Positions 37,482 to 45,630 of a stretch of DNA of 64,000 nucleotides are shown here, one piece after another. The DNA is taken from the NCBI GenBank assembly GCA_964372135.1, contig CAYJPS010000002.1, positions 1,979 through 65,978 on the forward strand, written 5' to 3'. Source of the DNA: an uncultured Treponemataceae bacterium (GTDB lineage Bacteria; Spirochaetota; Spirochaetia; Treponematales; Treponemataceae). The stretch's first letter is position 1. The number at the start of each line of letters is the position of its first letter. A model generated the notes under the pieces. That model saw only the letters and a list, made by a program, of their open reading frames with translations. It was not told the DNA's origin and did no database searches. The translations under genes were made by a program, and so were the position numbers.

Positions 37482-39552
37482 CTTTTATCTCTCCTAGATT
37501 TTCTAGCTTTATATCATTTGTTATTTCCGGAACCGAGATTACCACTAAGTTTGGCATTTCTCTTTCTGTGCTTGCTTTTACTAAGGCCCTTGCCTCTTCT
37601 GGACATAAAATAATTGGCATATACCCCTTGCCTTGTGAAAGTGCCACAGAAGAACTTAGGGCTGTAATCCAAGCACGTTGCAACATTGGATCTAAAGCTG
37701 CTATTGGACCATTAACTGTTTCAACTTTACTTTCAATTAATTTCTGTAAAAAGTCTTGGGCTACAGTTATTACATGCAATGTTTTATTTTCATCTGCATA
37801 TTGAAGACATATTTGCCTACCAAGCGCTTGACGAACTTTTTCAACAAGAATATCGGCTTTTTTTGTAACGGCACCAAAATCGGCGATAGTTTCAAAAATA
37901 ACAACCATATTTCTAACAGAAACCTGTTCTCTAAGCAGTCCTTGTAACACTTTTTGTATTTCGCCAATAGTAAATATTTTTGTTGCCTCTTCGACAGCAG
38001 TGGGATATTCTTTTTTTAGAGTATCAACAATTGACTGAACTTCTTGCCTTCCAAGAATTTCTGCTGCATGAGCTTTTATAAGCTCAGTTAAATGAGTTGC
38101 GATAATTGTTGGAGGGTCTACTACAGCATATCCTGCACGCTCTGCCCTATCCTTGTCTGCTTCTGAAACCCATATTGCGGGCAATCCAAATGCTGGATCT
38201 GTTGTTGATTCTCCTTGTAATTCTTCTGAAACCGTTCCTGTATTCATGCACATATATGATCCCATTCTAATACGGCTGGAACCAACTTCTATGCCTTTAA
38301 CTTTAAAACTATATGCATTTGGCTCTATGTGCATATTATCCGTAATACGAATTCTCGGAACAACAAGACCTAAATCTAGGGCAAACTCACGCCTGATTCT
38401 TGTTACACGCTCTAAGAGTTCTGCACCTTTTTCTTTGTCTACTAATGGAATCAAGGCTAAGCCCAATTCTAACGAAAGTGGATCTAATGGCACTACAGGA
38501 CTTATTTCTGCAATTGGTGTACCTTGAGTTTGTTGCATTTCTTTTTCTTTATTAAGTTTTGCTTCAAAAGATGCTTTTTCAAGTGACTGTAATCTTCTAC
38601 CAATAAAAAAGAGCGCTACGCCTATCGGTGTAAGTATATACCACGGAAAACCAGGAACCAATCCCATTAAGGCCATAGTAACACCTGAAACATAAAAAAC
38701 CCATGCATTTTGCGAAAATTGTTTTTGTATATCTGTTCCAAGAGTTGTTTTTCCATCGGACACTGACCGTGTAACAATAATACCAGTTGCAACCGAAATA
38801 AGGAGTGACGGGATTTGAGATAAAAGACCATCGCCAATGGTAAACTTTGCGAATATTTGAATAGCTGAAGCAAAATTTTCACCACTTGTCATACCAACTA
38901 TGACTCCACCTATAAGGTTGATAAGGGTTATAAAAATGCCTACTTTAACGTTACCCGAAACAAATTTCGTTGAACCGTCCATAGAACCATAGAAATCTGC
39001 TTCTCTTTGCACATCCGCTTTTCTAATTCTGGCTTCTTCTTCGGTAATTGCTCCTGAGTTATACTCTGCTTCAACAGCAGCTTGTTTCATAGGCATCGCA
39101 TCTAAGGTAAAGCGCGCTGCTACTTCCGCGATACGAGTAGCTCCCTTTGTAATAACGAAAGTTTGCACCGCAATAAGAATAATAAAGATAACCAGCCCTA
39201 TAACAAGACCCCTTGTTCCACCGGTTCCTACAACGAATGTTCCAAACGCGGTAACAAGTTGTCCCTTAAAGTCTGTACCATCCATAAGGATAAGACGTGT
39301 TGAAGACACATTAAGTGCTAAACTGAATACAGTAGAAACAAGCAATACTGTTGGAAAAGAGGAAAAATCTATTGCACGGGGGGTATACATAACTATTAAC
39401 AAGATTATCAGCGCAATCAAGAGATTAAGTGACATAAATGTATCAAGTAATATTGGTGGAAGAGGAATAATCAACATCATTATAACCGTAATTACTACAA
39501 TAGCAACTACTAAGTCTGAGCTTCTTCCAAAACGCTGTGCGACGTCAGCCAT
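37471..39552 (-). CDS. flhA: flagellar type III export apparatus protein FlhA
   Basis: 693 aa with an N-terminal 8-TM domain containing FPTVLLVSTVFSLALNVSSTRLIL and ITKGATRIAEVAARFTLDAMPMKQ, plus a cytoplasmic C-terminal domain. GGTGGG RBS. Confidence 0.97.
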   Translation of the reverse strand: MADVAQRFGRSSDLVVAIVVITVIMMLIIPLPPILLDTFMSLNLLIALIILLIVMYTPRAIDFSSFPTVLLVSTVFSLALNVSSTRLILMDGTDFKGQLVTAFGTFVVGTGGTRGLVIGLVIFIILIAVQTFVITKGATRIAEVAARFTLDAMPMKQAAVEAEYNSGAITEEEARIRKADVQREADFYGSMDGSTKFVSGNVKVGIFITLINLIGGVIVGMTSGENFASAIQIFAKFTIGDGLLSQIPSLLISVATGIIVTRSVSDGKTTLGTDIQKQFSQNAWVFYVSGVTMALMGLVPGFPWYILTPIGVALFFIGRRLQSLEKASFEAKLNKEKEMQQTQGTPIAEISPVVPLDPLSLELGLALIPLVDKEKGAELLERVTRIRREFALDLGLVVPRIRITDNMHIEPNAYSFKVKGIEVGSSRIRMGSYMCMNTGTVSEELQGESTTDPAFGLPAIWVSEADKDRAERAGYAVVDPPTIIATHLTELIKAHAAEILGRQEVQSIVDTLKKEYPTAVEEATKIFTIGEIQKVLQGLLREQVSVRNMVVIFETIADFGAVTKKADILVEKVRQALGRQICLQYADENKTLHVITVAQDFLQKLIESKVETVNGPIAALDPMLQRAWITALSSSVALSQGKGYMPIILCPEEARALVKASTEREMPNLVVISVPEITNDIKLENLGEIKVGN

Positions 39553-39632
39553 ATTCCCACCTACTGTTTGATATAGGATAAACCCCCATTTACCCTTGTA
39601 AGACGAGTATAAATTCCGACCTACTTTAAATA

Positions 39633-39641
39633 ATTATAACA
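39633..39641 (-). promoter_or_regulatory. possible extended -10 promoter for flhA
   Basis: Minus strand TGt-TATAAT about 80 nt upstream of the flhA ATG, at the inner edge of the inserted island. Confidence 0.35.
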
Positions 39642-39706
39642 TAGTTTGAAAATAAAATAAAGTAAAAAGTGAGTTTTTTTGTAAAAAAAGTGATTTTTTT
39701 TAGGGG

Positions 39707-39967
39707 TATCCGCAAGAATGACGCAAATTTTTTTATTGCGAATACCACTTGCCTATCATTCTGATTTTTTCACCACATCTATCCCCGTGAAGAATCTCCG
39801 TATCGGCGTAGAAAATTTTTATCTTTGCTTCTACCACTAAGATTGGTCATTATTTAATTCCTAATTCCCAATTCGTAATTAATTAAAATCTGCGGTTCCT
39901 TTTTCTCCCTCGCTTTACCCACCACCATTAGGAATTAGGCATTTATAATTTCTAATTAATTTATTCG
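39707..39967. repeat. family 1 repeat mosaic (C-like, module A copy 1, module B copy 1)
   Basis: atccgcaagaatgacgcaaattt. Module A at 39743-39850. Module B at 39856-39939 (aattcct aattccc aattcgt aattaatt aaaatctgcggttcctttttctccctcgctttacccaccacc attaggaattagg). Confidence 0.8.
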
Positions 39968-39978
39968 TCCTAAAAAGC

Positions 39979-40851
39979 TTAAAAGGAGGAAGTATTAAAA
40001 TAACGGATAGCACGAACGGCTTCTGTTTTGTCTTTCTCTCCGTAGGTCAGAGCGCCAGAGTAGAAATTCTGCCCATACATAAGATTATCCTGTTGCTCAG
40101 ACGACGACCAAAGAGTTCGAGTTTCGAATATATATTCTGGCACTCTTGCATTTGTGTATGCCTGTTGAAGTTCTTCTATTGTCGGCAAATACCAATCCGT
40201 AAAATCACCACCATCATAATCCTTTGCAATACTGATACTGTTGGAGTTATGGGTTTCATGAAACATACCACTTGCTTGATACCAATTATACTCACCTAGA
40301 TTATCACTTATTTCTTTATACTCACTGGTAGTACTGTCTGCATAAAAAATTATACCGCCGCCCGGACCTGTGTCACCTATCTTATACACGACAGTGAGCA
40401 ATGTAGCTATATACAAAGAATTTTCGCCTTCTACCATTTTTTTAGTTTTAGAGCGACCTTCTTTTATCTCACCATCCTGTTCTACTCGCACCTTTGCATA
40501 CACTATTTTTCCTACGATTGCAAGGTTGTCAAATATAACACTTTCATCTTCTTTTACTACCAGCGTTTTACTTATAATTACACTATCATTACCTGCATTG
40601 TGTAAACTTAACGTCATCTCAATACCATCGTCGTCAAAATCTATTGAACGTGTAAGGCCTATATTTTCATGACCACTTCCATTATAAGAGGCAGCTTGTA
40701 CACTGTCGTTTTTTAAAAATTCTTCAAGGGCGCTTTTACTTACCTTAAAGGTTATGTCAGTTGTTTCTTTTACGCTCCAAAGTGAATCGCAACTTATTAG
40801 TACGATTACTGCCATTACAAAAAGGGCTACTAAAAATAGTCTTTGTTTCAT
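39979..40851 (-). CDS. lipoprotein, shared N-terminal module plus DUF1566 (Lcl C-terminal)-like domain
   Basis: MKQRLFLVALFVMAVIVLISCDSLW has lipobox LISC. The C-terminus GPGGGIIFYAD...FTDWYLPTIEELQQAY...LWSSSE...VRAIRYF follows the DUF1566 pattern. GGAG RBS. Confidence 0.65.
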   Translation of the reverse strand: MKQRLFLVALFVMAVIVLISCDSLWSVKETTDITFKVSKSALEEFLKNDSVQAASYNGSGHENIGLTRSIDFDDDGIEMTLSLHNAGNDSVIISKTLVVKEDESVIFDNLAIVGKIVYAKVRVEQDGEIKEGRSKTKKMVEGENSLYIATLLTVVYKIGDTGPGGGIIFYADSTTSEYKEISDNLGEYNWYQASGMFHETHNSNSISIAKDYDGGDFTDWYLPTIEELQQAYTNARVPEYIFETRTLWSSSEQQDNLMYGQNFYSGALTYGEKDKTEAVRAIRYFNTSSF

Positions 40852-40888
40852 ATTTTCTCCAAAAAAACTTTTTACCTATTTTTTATAT

Positions 40889-40916
40889 ATTATGTAGTAT
40901 ACCGCATGACTGTAAA
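40889..40916 (-). promoter_or_regulatory. sigma70-type promoter of lipoprotein gene a
   Basis: Minus strand TTTACA (40911-40916), 16 nt, CATAAT (40889-40894). The same arrangement is conserved at 42884-42911. Confidence 0.5.
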
Positions 40917-40980
40917 TTATTCTACATTTTTGCAAAATATGTCGTAGAATTTTACATTTTTTACGATTAAAGAACGCAAC

Positions 40981-41654
40981 TACCACTTGCCTGTCATTCT
41001 GATTTTTTCACCACATCTATCCCCGTGAAGAATCTCCGTATCGGCGTAGAAAATTTTTATCTTTGCTTCTACCACTAAGATTGGTTATTTTTAAACCACA
41101 GATTATTTTATAATTCCTAATTCGTAATTAATTAAAATCTGCGGTTCCTTTTTCTCCCTCGCTTTACCCACCACCATTAGGAATTAGACATTGCGAATCA
41201 GAAATTAATCTACCACCAAGATTGGTCAGGTGTTATCCACAGATTACACAGATTACGCAGATTATTATCTGTCGCATTTTGAACTACTCTTACATTTACC
41301 ACAAAAAATTTATAAGTCAAAACTATTTATAGTTTTGTCACGAATTTGTCTTTACGCTTTGTTAAAAATTACATAGCACGTTTCAATAGAAATCCCATTA
41401 ATCCTTTAATCTGTGGTTAAAACTTCTCCCTCGCTTTACTCGCACCATTAGGAATTATGCATTGCGAATCAGGAATTAATCTCCCACCAAGATTGGTCAG
41501 GTGTTATCCACAGATTATTTTATAATTCCTAATTCCTAATTCCCAATTCGTAATTAATTAAAATCTGTGGTTCCTCTTTCTCCCTCGCTTTACCCGCCAC
41601 CATTAGGAATTATGCATTGCGAATCAGGAATTAATCTCCCACCAAGTCTGATTA
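40981..41654. repeat. family 1 repeat mosaic: module A copy 2, three module B copies and one full composite element
   Basis: Module A at 40981-41088 (2 mismatches versus 39743-39850). Module B at 41112-41229, 41407-41499 and 41524-41654. A C/D interior lies at 41230-41406. Confidence 0.85.
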
Positions 41655-42848
41655 AGGCGCAGCAGAACGAGCCACTCGAAAACCAACGGACGCATCCCGA
41701 AAGGTAGGCACATTGTTGACGCGGTTGCTTACGGTCAAATTATTTTCAGTATTGTTCCAATGTCCGCCACGATACACACGGTTCGTAGAGCCAGCAAGCG
41801 GCGTGTCATAACACCATTCCCACACATTACCACTCATGTCATACAAGCCTAAGGCGTTGGCATTTCCGGTTTTTTCAGTCGGTAAACTTTCATTCCTTCC
41901 TGCTGTTCCAACTATATGTGTTGTAGCATTTGCATTATCCTTATACCATGCATAGCTTCCTAAGTCAGTGTCTGTACCAGCATAGATGGTACGTTCTTTT
42001 GCTGCTCCATCAAGACTAAACCCACCATGTCCAGCTGCGTATTCCCATTCCCTTTCTGTTGGTAAGCGGTAGCCTGTTCCGCCTATTATGGTTCCGTCTG
42101 ATTCATAATAAGGGCTTAAATTTTCTTTTTCACTTAGCGTATTACAAAACTCTACCGCATCATTCCAACTTACATTATATGCAGGTTTATTATCTCCAAG
42201 TCCTTTTTCCAAAGTTGGGTCAGCTCCGGGCCATGTTCCCATTACATCTAGCCACTGACCCTGCGTTACCTCGGTTTCACCTAGGTTAAAATTTGCGACT
42301 ATGACGTTTTCTTGTAGAGCTACATTACCACCAGCTGTTCCTTGAAACATGTATGTGCCACCTGGTATGCCTATTAACTTTCCAACCGTTGAACTTTCAA
42401 TATCTATAGGTACTAAGCCACCAAATACAAACTCAAGTCTATTAAGTCCTTCTTTTACAACAATGGAATCAGATTTTTCAATTCGTGGCTTGTATCCCTC
42501 GTGCATAAACTCTATTTGTGCATACACGGCTTCCCCCACAATGTATAGTTTTTCAAATGTTATAGTGTCGCTAAGAGAATCTCCAAGGTACACTGTTTGT
42601 TTAGCCCAAACCTCATCGGTATTTGCATTGTGTATAGATACTGTGGCACTAATGCTTGTATATAGTCCTGCACGAGACATGCTTTGCACGCTTGCCCTTT
42701 CTTCTTCAAATTCCTCGAGCCATTCTTGCGGAATGGTAAAGCTAATTTCAACTGGCTTTTCTGCTTTATGATCCCAGAGCGAATCACAACTTGTTAGTGC
42801 GAATACTGCTATTACAAAAAGAGACACTAAAAATACATTTTGTTTCAT
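41652..42848 (-). CDS. lipoprotein, shared N-terminal module plus formylglycine-generating-enzyme (FGE/SUMF1)-type C-lectin-fold domain
   Basis: MKQNVFLVSLFVIAVFALTSCDSLW. The C-terminal domain has GYRLPTEREWEYAAG, LGLYDMSGNVWEWCYD, RVYRGGHW and VGFRVARS. Confidence 0.8.
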   Translation of the reverse strand: MKQNVFLVSLFVIAVFALTSCDSLWDHKAEKPVEISFTIPQEWLEEFEEERASVQSMSRAGLYTSISATVSIHNANTDEVWAKQTVYLGDSLSDTITFEKLYIVGEAVYAQIEFMHEGYKPRIEKSDSIVVKEGLNRLEFVFGGLVPIDIESSTVGKLIGIPGGTYMFQGTAGGNVALQENVIVANFNLGETEVTQGQWLDVMGTWPGADPTLEKGLGDNKPAYNVSWNDAVEFCNTLSEKENLSPYYESDGTIIGGTGYRLPTEREWEYAAGHGGFSLDGAAKERTIYAGTDTDLGSYAWYKDNANATTHIVGTAGRNESLPTEKTGNANALGLYDMSGNVWEWCYDTPLAGSTNRVYRGGHWNNTENNLTVSNRVNNVPTFRDASVGFRVARSAAP

Positions 42849-42883
42849 ATCTTCTCCAAAAAAAAATTACATATTTTTTATAT

Positions 42884-42911
42884 ATTATGTAGTATAACGT
42901 ATTACTGTAAA
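42884..42911 (-). promoter_or_regulatory. sigma70-type promoter of lipoprotein gene b
   Basis: Minus strand TTTACA (42906-42911), 16 nt, CATAAT (42884-42889). It lies within a ~118-nt block shared with 40852-40970. Confidence 0.5.
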
Positions 42912-42980
42912 TTATTCTACATTTTTGCAAAGTATATCGTAGGAATTTTACACTTTTTAGGGTAAAAAAATGACACAAAC

Positions 42981-43245
42981 AGCCACCACTAAGACTGGTC
43001 ATTATAATTCCTAATTCACAATTCGTAATTAATTAAAATCTGCGGTTCCTTTTTCTCCCTCGCTTTACCCACCACCATTAGGAATTAAGCATTGCGAATC
43101 AGGAATTAATCTCCCACCAAGATTGGTCATGAATCATCCGCAAGAATTACGCAGATTTTTTTTCGAAGGCGTGGACTGTTGGATTTGCTACGAAGATTGT
43201 TGTGATTGTATAAAGGTTTTATCCGCAAATGTACGCAGATTTTTA
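42981..43245. repeat. family 1 repeat mosaic (junction motif, module B copy 5, two C-like motifs)
   Basis: agccaccactaagactggtcat. Module B at 43006-43130. atccgcaagaattacgcagatt and atccgcaaatgtacgcagatt. Confidence 0.8.
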
Positions 43246-43334
43246 CTTTTTCATGTAGTAAAAACTTTTTTATGCGCTACGAGGATTTGGTTTTTTAAGT
43301 GAGGTGTTGTTTTTCGAGTACAAAAAAGGCACGT

Positions 43335-43375
43335 TTCAAAATACAATTGCAAGGGCAAGCACCGTGCTGTACCCT
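43335..43375 (-). terminator. possible terminator after the LRR lipoprotein gene
   Basis: Imperfect hairpin agggcaagcac-cg-tgctgtaccct (43352-43375). On the minus strand it is followed by tgcaattgtattttg. Confidence 0.35.
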
Positions 43376-43389
43376 CACAATTGTTATGC

Positions 43390-45201
43390 TTACTTTTCTT
43401 GTATCTTTGCTGAGTGGACACTCCAACCTTGTGCACCTTGATAAGCATCACCACTACCTGCAGGTACATAAATAGTGGTTAAAGCTGTAGCTCCATCAAA
43501 TGAGTCAGTTTGCAAAGCAGGAGGAACAGGATCCCTAAGGGTAACTGTTTCTAAACTAGTACAGCCCATAAAAGCAGACTGATTAATACTTTTAACACTA
43601 GAAGGAATATCGATACTTGTTAAACCTGTATTCTGAAATGCAAAATTATCAATACTTGTAACATTAGTGGGGAGAATTATGCTTGTTAATTTTTCACAAC
43701 CCACAAATGCTCTTATACCTATGCTTGTAACACTTGAAGGAATTATTACATTAGTTAGTCCTGTACAACCTGAGAAAGTGGCCTCTCCAATACTTGTAAC
43801 CCCTAAAGGAATTTCTATACTAGTTAGTCCTGTACAACCTGAAAAAGCTGCAACACCAATATTTGTGACACTAGAAGGTATATCTATATTTGTTAACTCT
43901 GTACAATCTGCAAATGCACTACTACCAATACTTGTAACACTAGAAGGTATATCTATACTTGTTAAACCCGTATTCTTAAATGCACTACCACCAATACTCG
44001 TAACTCCAAAAGGAATAGCAAAGTGTTCATCAGTTTTAGAGGGCAGATACAGAACTAAGCTTTTATTTTTACCTTTTGTGTAAATAACATTATCAATTGC
44101 TTCAAACGTAGCATTTTTTGGATGTACAGTTATTTTTTGTATTCCTGAATCCTGCACAATAAAACTACCAATACTTGAAACAGTACTGGGTATACTTATC
44201 TCTGTTAAACTCGTGCAATTATAAAATGCATAATCCCCAAGAATTTTAAGACCTTCATTTAGAATAACACTCCTAAGGTTAGGCGTATTTGAAAATGGCT
44301 CATCCTTAAGTTCCACAATAAACTCGGAAAAAATGATGCTATTTATTGCTGTATTGTCTTCAAAAGCAAAAGTACTTATAGAAGTTATTGGTTTACCCTT
44401 ATATACAGGGGGTATTATAACATCTGCATCACTATCAGTATTATAACCAATAGTTAGTTCATCTGGTCCATTATCCTCAACCTCTAATTCCGTGTACTCC
44501 CCGGGGTTTGCCCATCGTGCATAGAGGGTATCGCTTTCGGTTACTTCGTATGGGAACACTACCCAGTCGTTTCCATTTCTTGTTTTTGTCCAACCTAAGA
44601 AAAACTCTTTGTCACTTGGAACAGTCATAGAAGCACTTTCGCCTGGTAGTGTCGCTTTTTCTAAGTGTAATACCGATTGAGTATCCACTGCATCGATTCC
44701 ACCGTTTGAATCAAAACTTAATTTCCAAGTAACTTTTTCTGCTTCTCCCATGTCAAACGTAACGGGATTATTACCTTCAACTACCGTAAGAGGGTCTGAT
44801 TTTCTACTTCTTGATAAGTGCCCATATTGCGTAAGCTCTACTTGTACATACACGGTACTTCCCACAATATACAAAGGTTGAAAGCGTATGCTTTCATTAA
44901 GATTGTTTCCAAGATTTACCGCTTGCTCTGCTAAAACGGCTCCTGTTTCTGCATCTTGAATGGATGCTTTAGCGGTAATGCTTGTGTTTACACTTGCCCT
45001 TTGGAGGCTTTGCCCACCTGAAGCACGTTGCGCCTGTTGTACAGCCTCTGCTTCTTCTACAAAAGAATCTAGCCACTCTTGAGGAATAGTAAAGCTAATT
45101 TCAACCGCTTCTTTATTTTCGTGTTCCCAAAGTGAATCGCAACTAAAAAATGCAAACACTGCCATAATAAAAAGAGACACTAAAAATGCTTTTTGTTTCA
45201 T
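43390..45201 (-). CDS. lipoprotein, shared N-terminal module plus BspA-type leucine-rich-repeat (LRR_5) surface protein
   Basis: I set the start at ATG 45201 (GGAGGA 4 nt upstream): MKQKAFLVSLFIMAVFAFFSCDSLW. The C-terminal half holds ~10 tandem ~23-aa repeats IPSSVTSIG.SAF.GCT.LTSI. The 51-codon extension in the ORF track lacks support. Confidence 0.8.
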   Translation of the reverse strand: MKQKAFLVSLFIMAVFAFFSCDSLWEHENKEAVEISFTIPQEWLDSFVEEAEAVQQAQRASGGQSLQRASVNTSITAKASIQDAETGAVLAEQAVNLGNNLNESIRFQPLYIVGSTVYVQVELTQYGHLSRSRKSDPLTVVEGNNPVTFDMGEAEKVTWKLSFDSNGGIDAVDTQSVLHLEKATLPGESASMTVPSDKEFFLGWTKTRNGNDWVVFPYEVTESDTLYARWANPGEYTELEVEDNGPDELTIGYNTDSDADVIIPPVYKGKPITSISTFAFEDNTAINSIIFSEFIVELKDEPFSNTPNLRSVILNEGLKILGDYAFYNCTSLTEISIPSTVSSIGSFIVQDSGIQKITVHPKNATFEAIDNVIYTKGKNKSLVLYLPSKTDEHFAIPFGVTSIGGSAFKNTGLTSIDIPSSVTSIGSSAFADCTELTNIDIPSSVTNIGVAAFSGCTGLTSIEIPLGVTSIGEATFSGCTGLTNVIIPSSVTSIGIRAFVGCEKLTSIILPTNVTSIDNFAFQNTGLTSIDIPSSVKSINQSAFMGCTSLETVTLRDPVPPALQTDSFDGATALTTIYVPAGSGDAYQGAQGWSVHSAKIQEK

Positions 45202-45267
45202 ATTGTCCTCCAAAGTAACTACAATAAAGTATAACGCAGTACTGAAATAAATTCCAGATTTTGGACA

Positions 45268-45276
45268 ATTATAGCA
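45268..45276 (-). promoter_or_regulatory. possible extended -10 promoter of lipoprotein gene c
   Basis: Minus strand TGc-TATAAT about 65 nt upstream of the ATG. Confidence 0.35.
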
Positions 45277-45357
45277 TAGAAAAATAAGTCTATCATGTGC
45301 CATTTGGCACATTTTTAAAGGAATTTTGCACTTTTTACGGTAAAAAAATGACACAAA

Positions 45358-45630
45358 CAGCCACCACTAAGACTGGTCATGTTTTATCCACAGATTACAC
45401 AGATTAGGCAGATTACAACTATTGCGTATTCGACAACCCTAACATCTGCCACCAAAATAGTAAAAGCAAAACTAGTTATAGTTTTGTCACGAATTTGTCT
45501 TTACATTTTATTAAAATTTCTGTAGAACGTTCCAATAGAAATCCCACTAATCTGTGCAATCTGTGGTTCCTTTTTCTCCCTCGCTCTACCCGCACCATTA
45601 GGCATTTCTAATTCGTAATTAGGAATTAAT
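45358..45630. repeat. family 1 composite repeat element abutting and overlapping the flhB stop
   Basis: In order: gccaccactaagactggtcat, atccacagattacacagattaggcagatt, a ~120-nt interior similar to 41290-41400 and 13920-14030, aatctgtgcaatctgtggttcctttttctccctcgctctacccgcaccattagg, then a heptamer arm. Confidence 0.8.

Noticed and set aside
39834-39850. Mini-ORFs starting ATGACCA(A/G)TCTT(G/A)GTGG (MTNLGG.../MTSLSGG...) on the minus strand of every repeat junction, including ORF-track entries 42784-43002 and 43251-43469.
   Set aside because: The ATG is CTG in two copies (41229, 41499). The reading frames end at different lengths with unrelated sequence, and no RBS is present. The conservation is better explained at the DNA/RNA level (palindrome ACCAAGATTGGT).
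41100-41660. The closely spaced module B copies looked superficially like a CRISPR array.
   Set aside because: The repeats are ~90-130 nt, imperfect and variable in length, and irregularly spaced. The intervening sequences are themselves repeated elsewhere, and no cas genes are in the window.
41652-41800. The Asn-rich C-terminus of the FGE/C-lectin-fold lipoprotein (GGHWNNTENNLTVSNRVNNVPTF) could be a diversity-generating retroelement variable region, as in the Treponema TvpA system.
   Set aside because: I found no second near-identical copy (template repeat) of this 3' segment in the window, and no reverse transcriptase or Avd-like ORF. Asn-rich sequence at this position is common in non-DGR FGE-domain proteins. 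It could only be revived if a TR/RT pair exists elsewhere in the genome.
39553-45618. Integron-like gene cassette array, with genes separated by imperfect palindromic elements. Treponema denticola is known to carry an integron.
   Set aside because: There is no intI-type integrase in the window, and I saw no clear GTTRRRY / RYYYAAC core sites at element boundaries. Each gene has its own promoter, and the duplicated units include 5' coding sequence, unlike attC-bounded promoterless cassettes. A genome-wide intI search would settle this.
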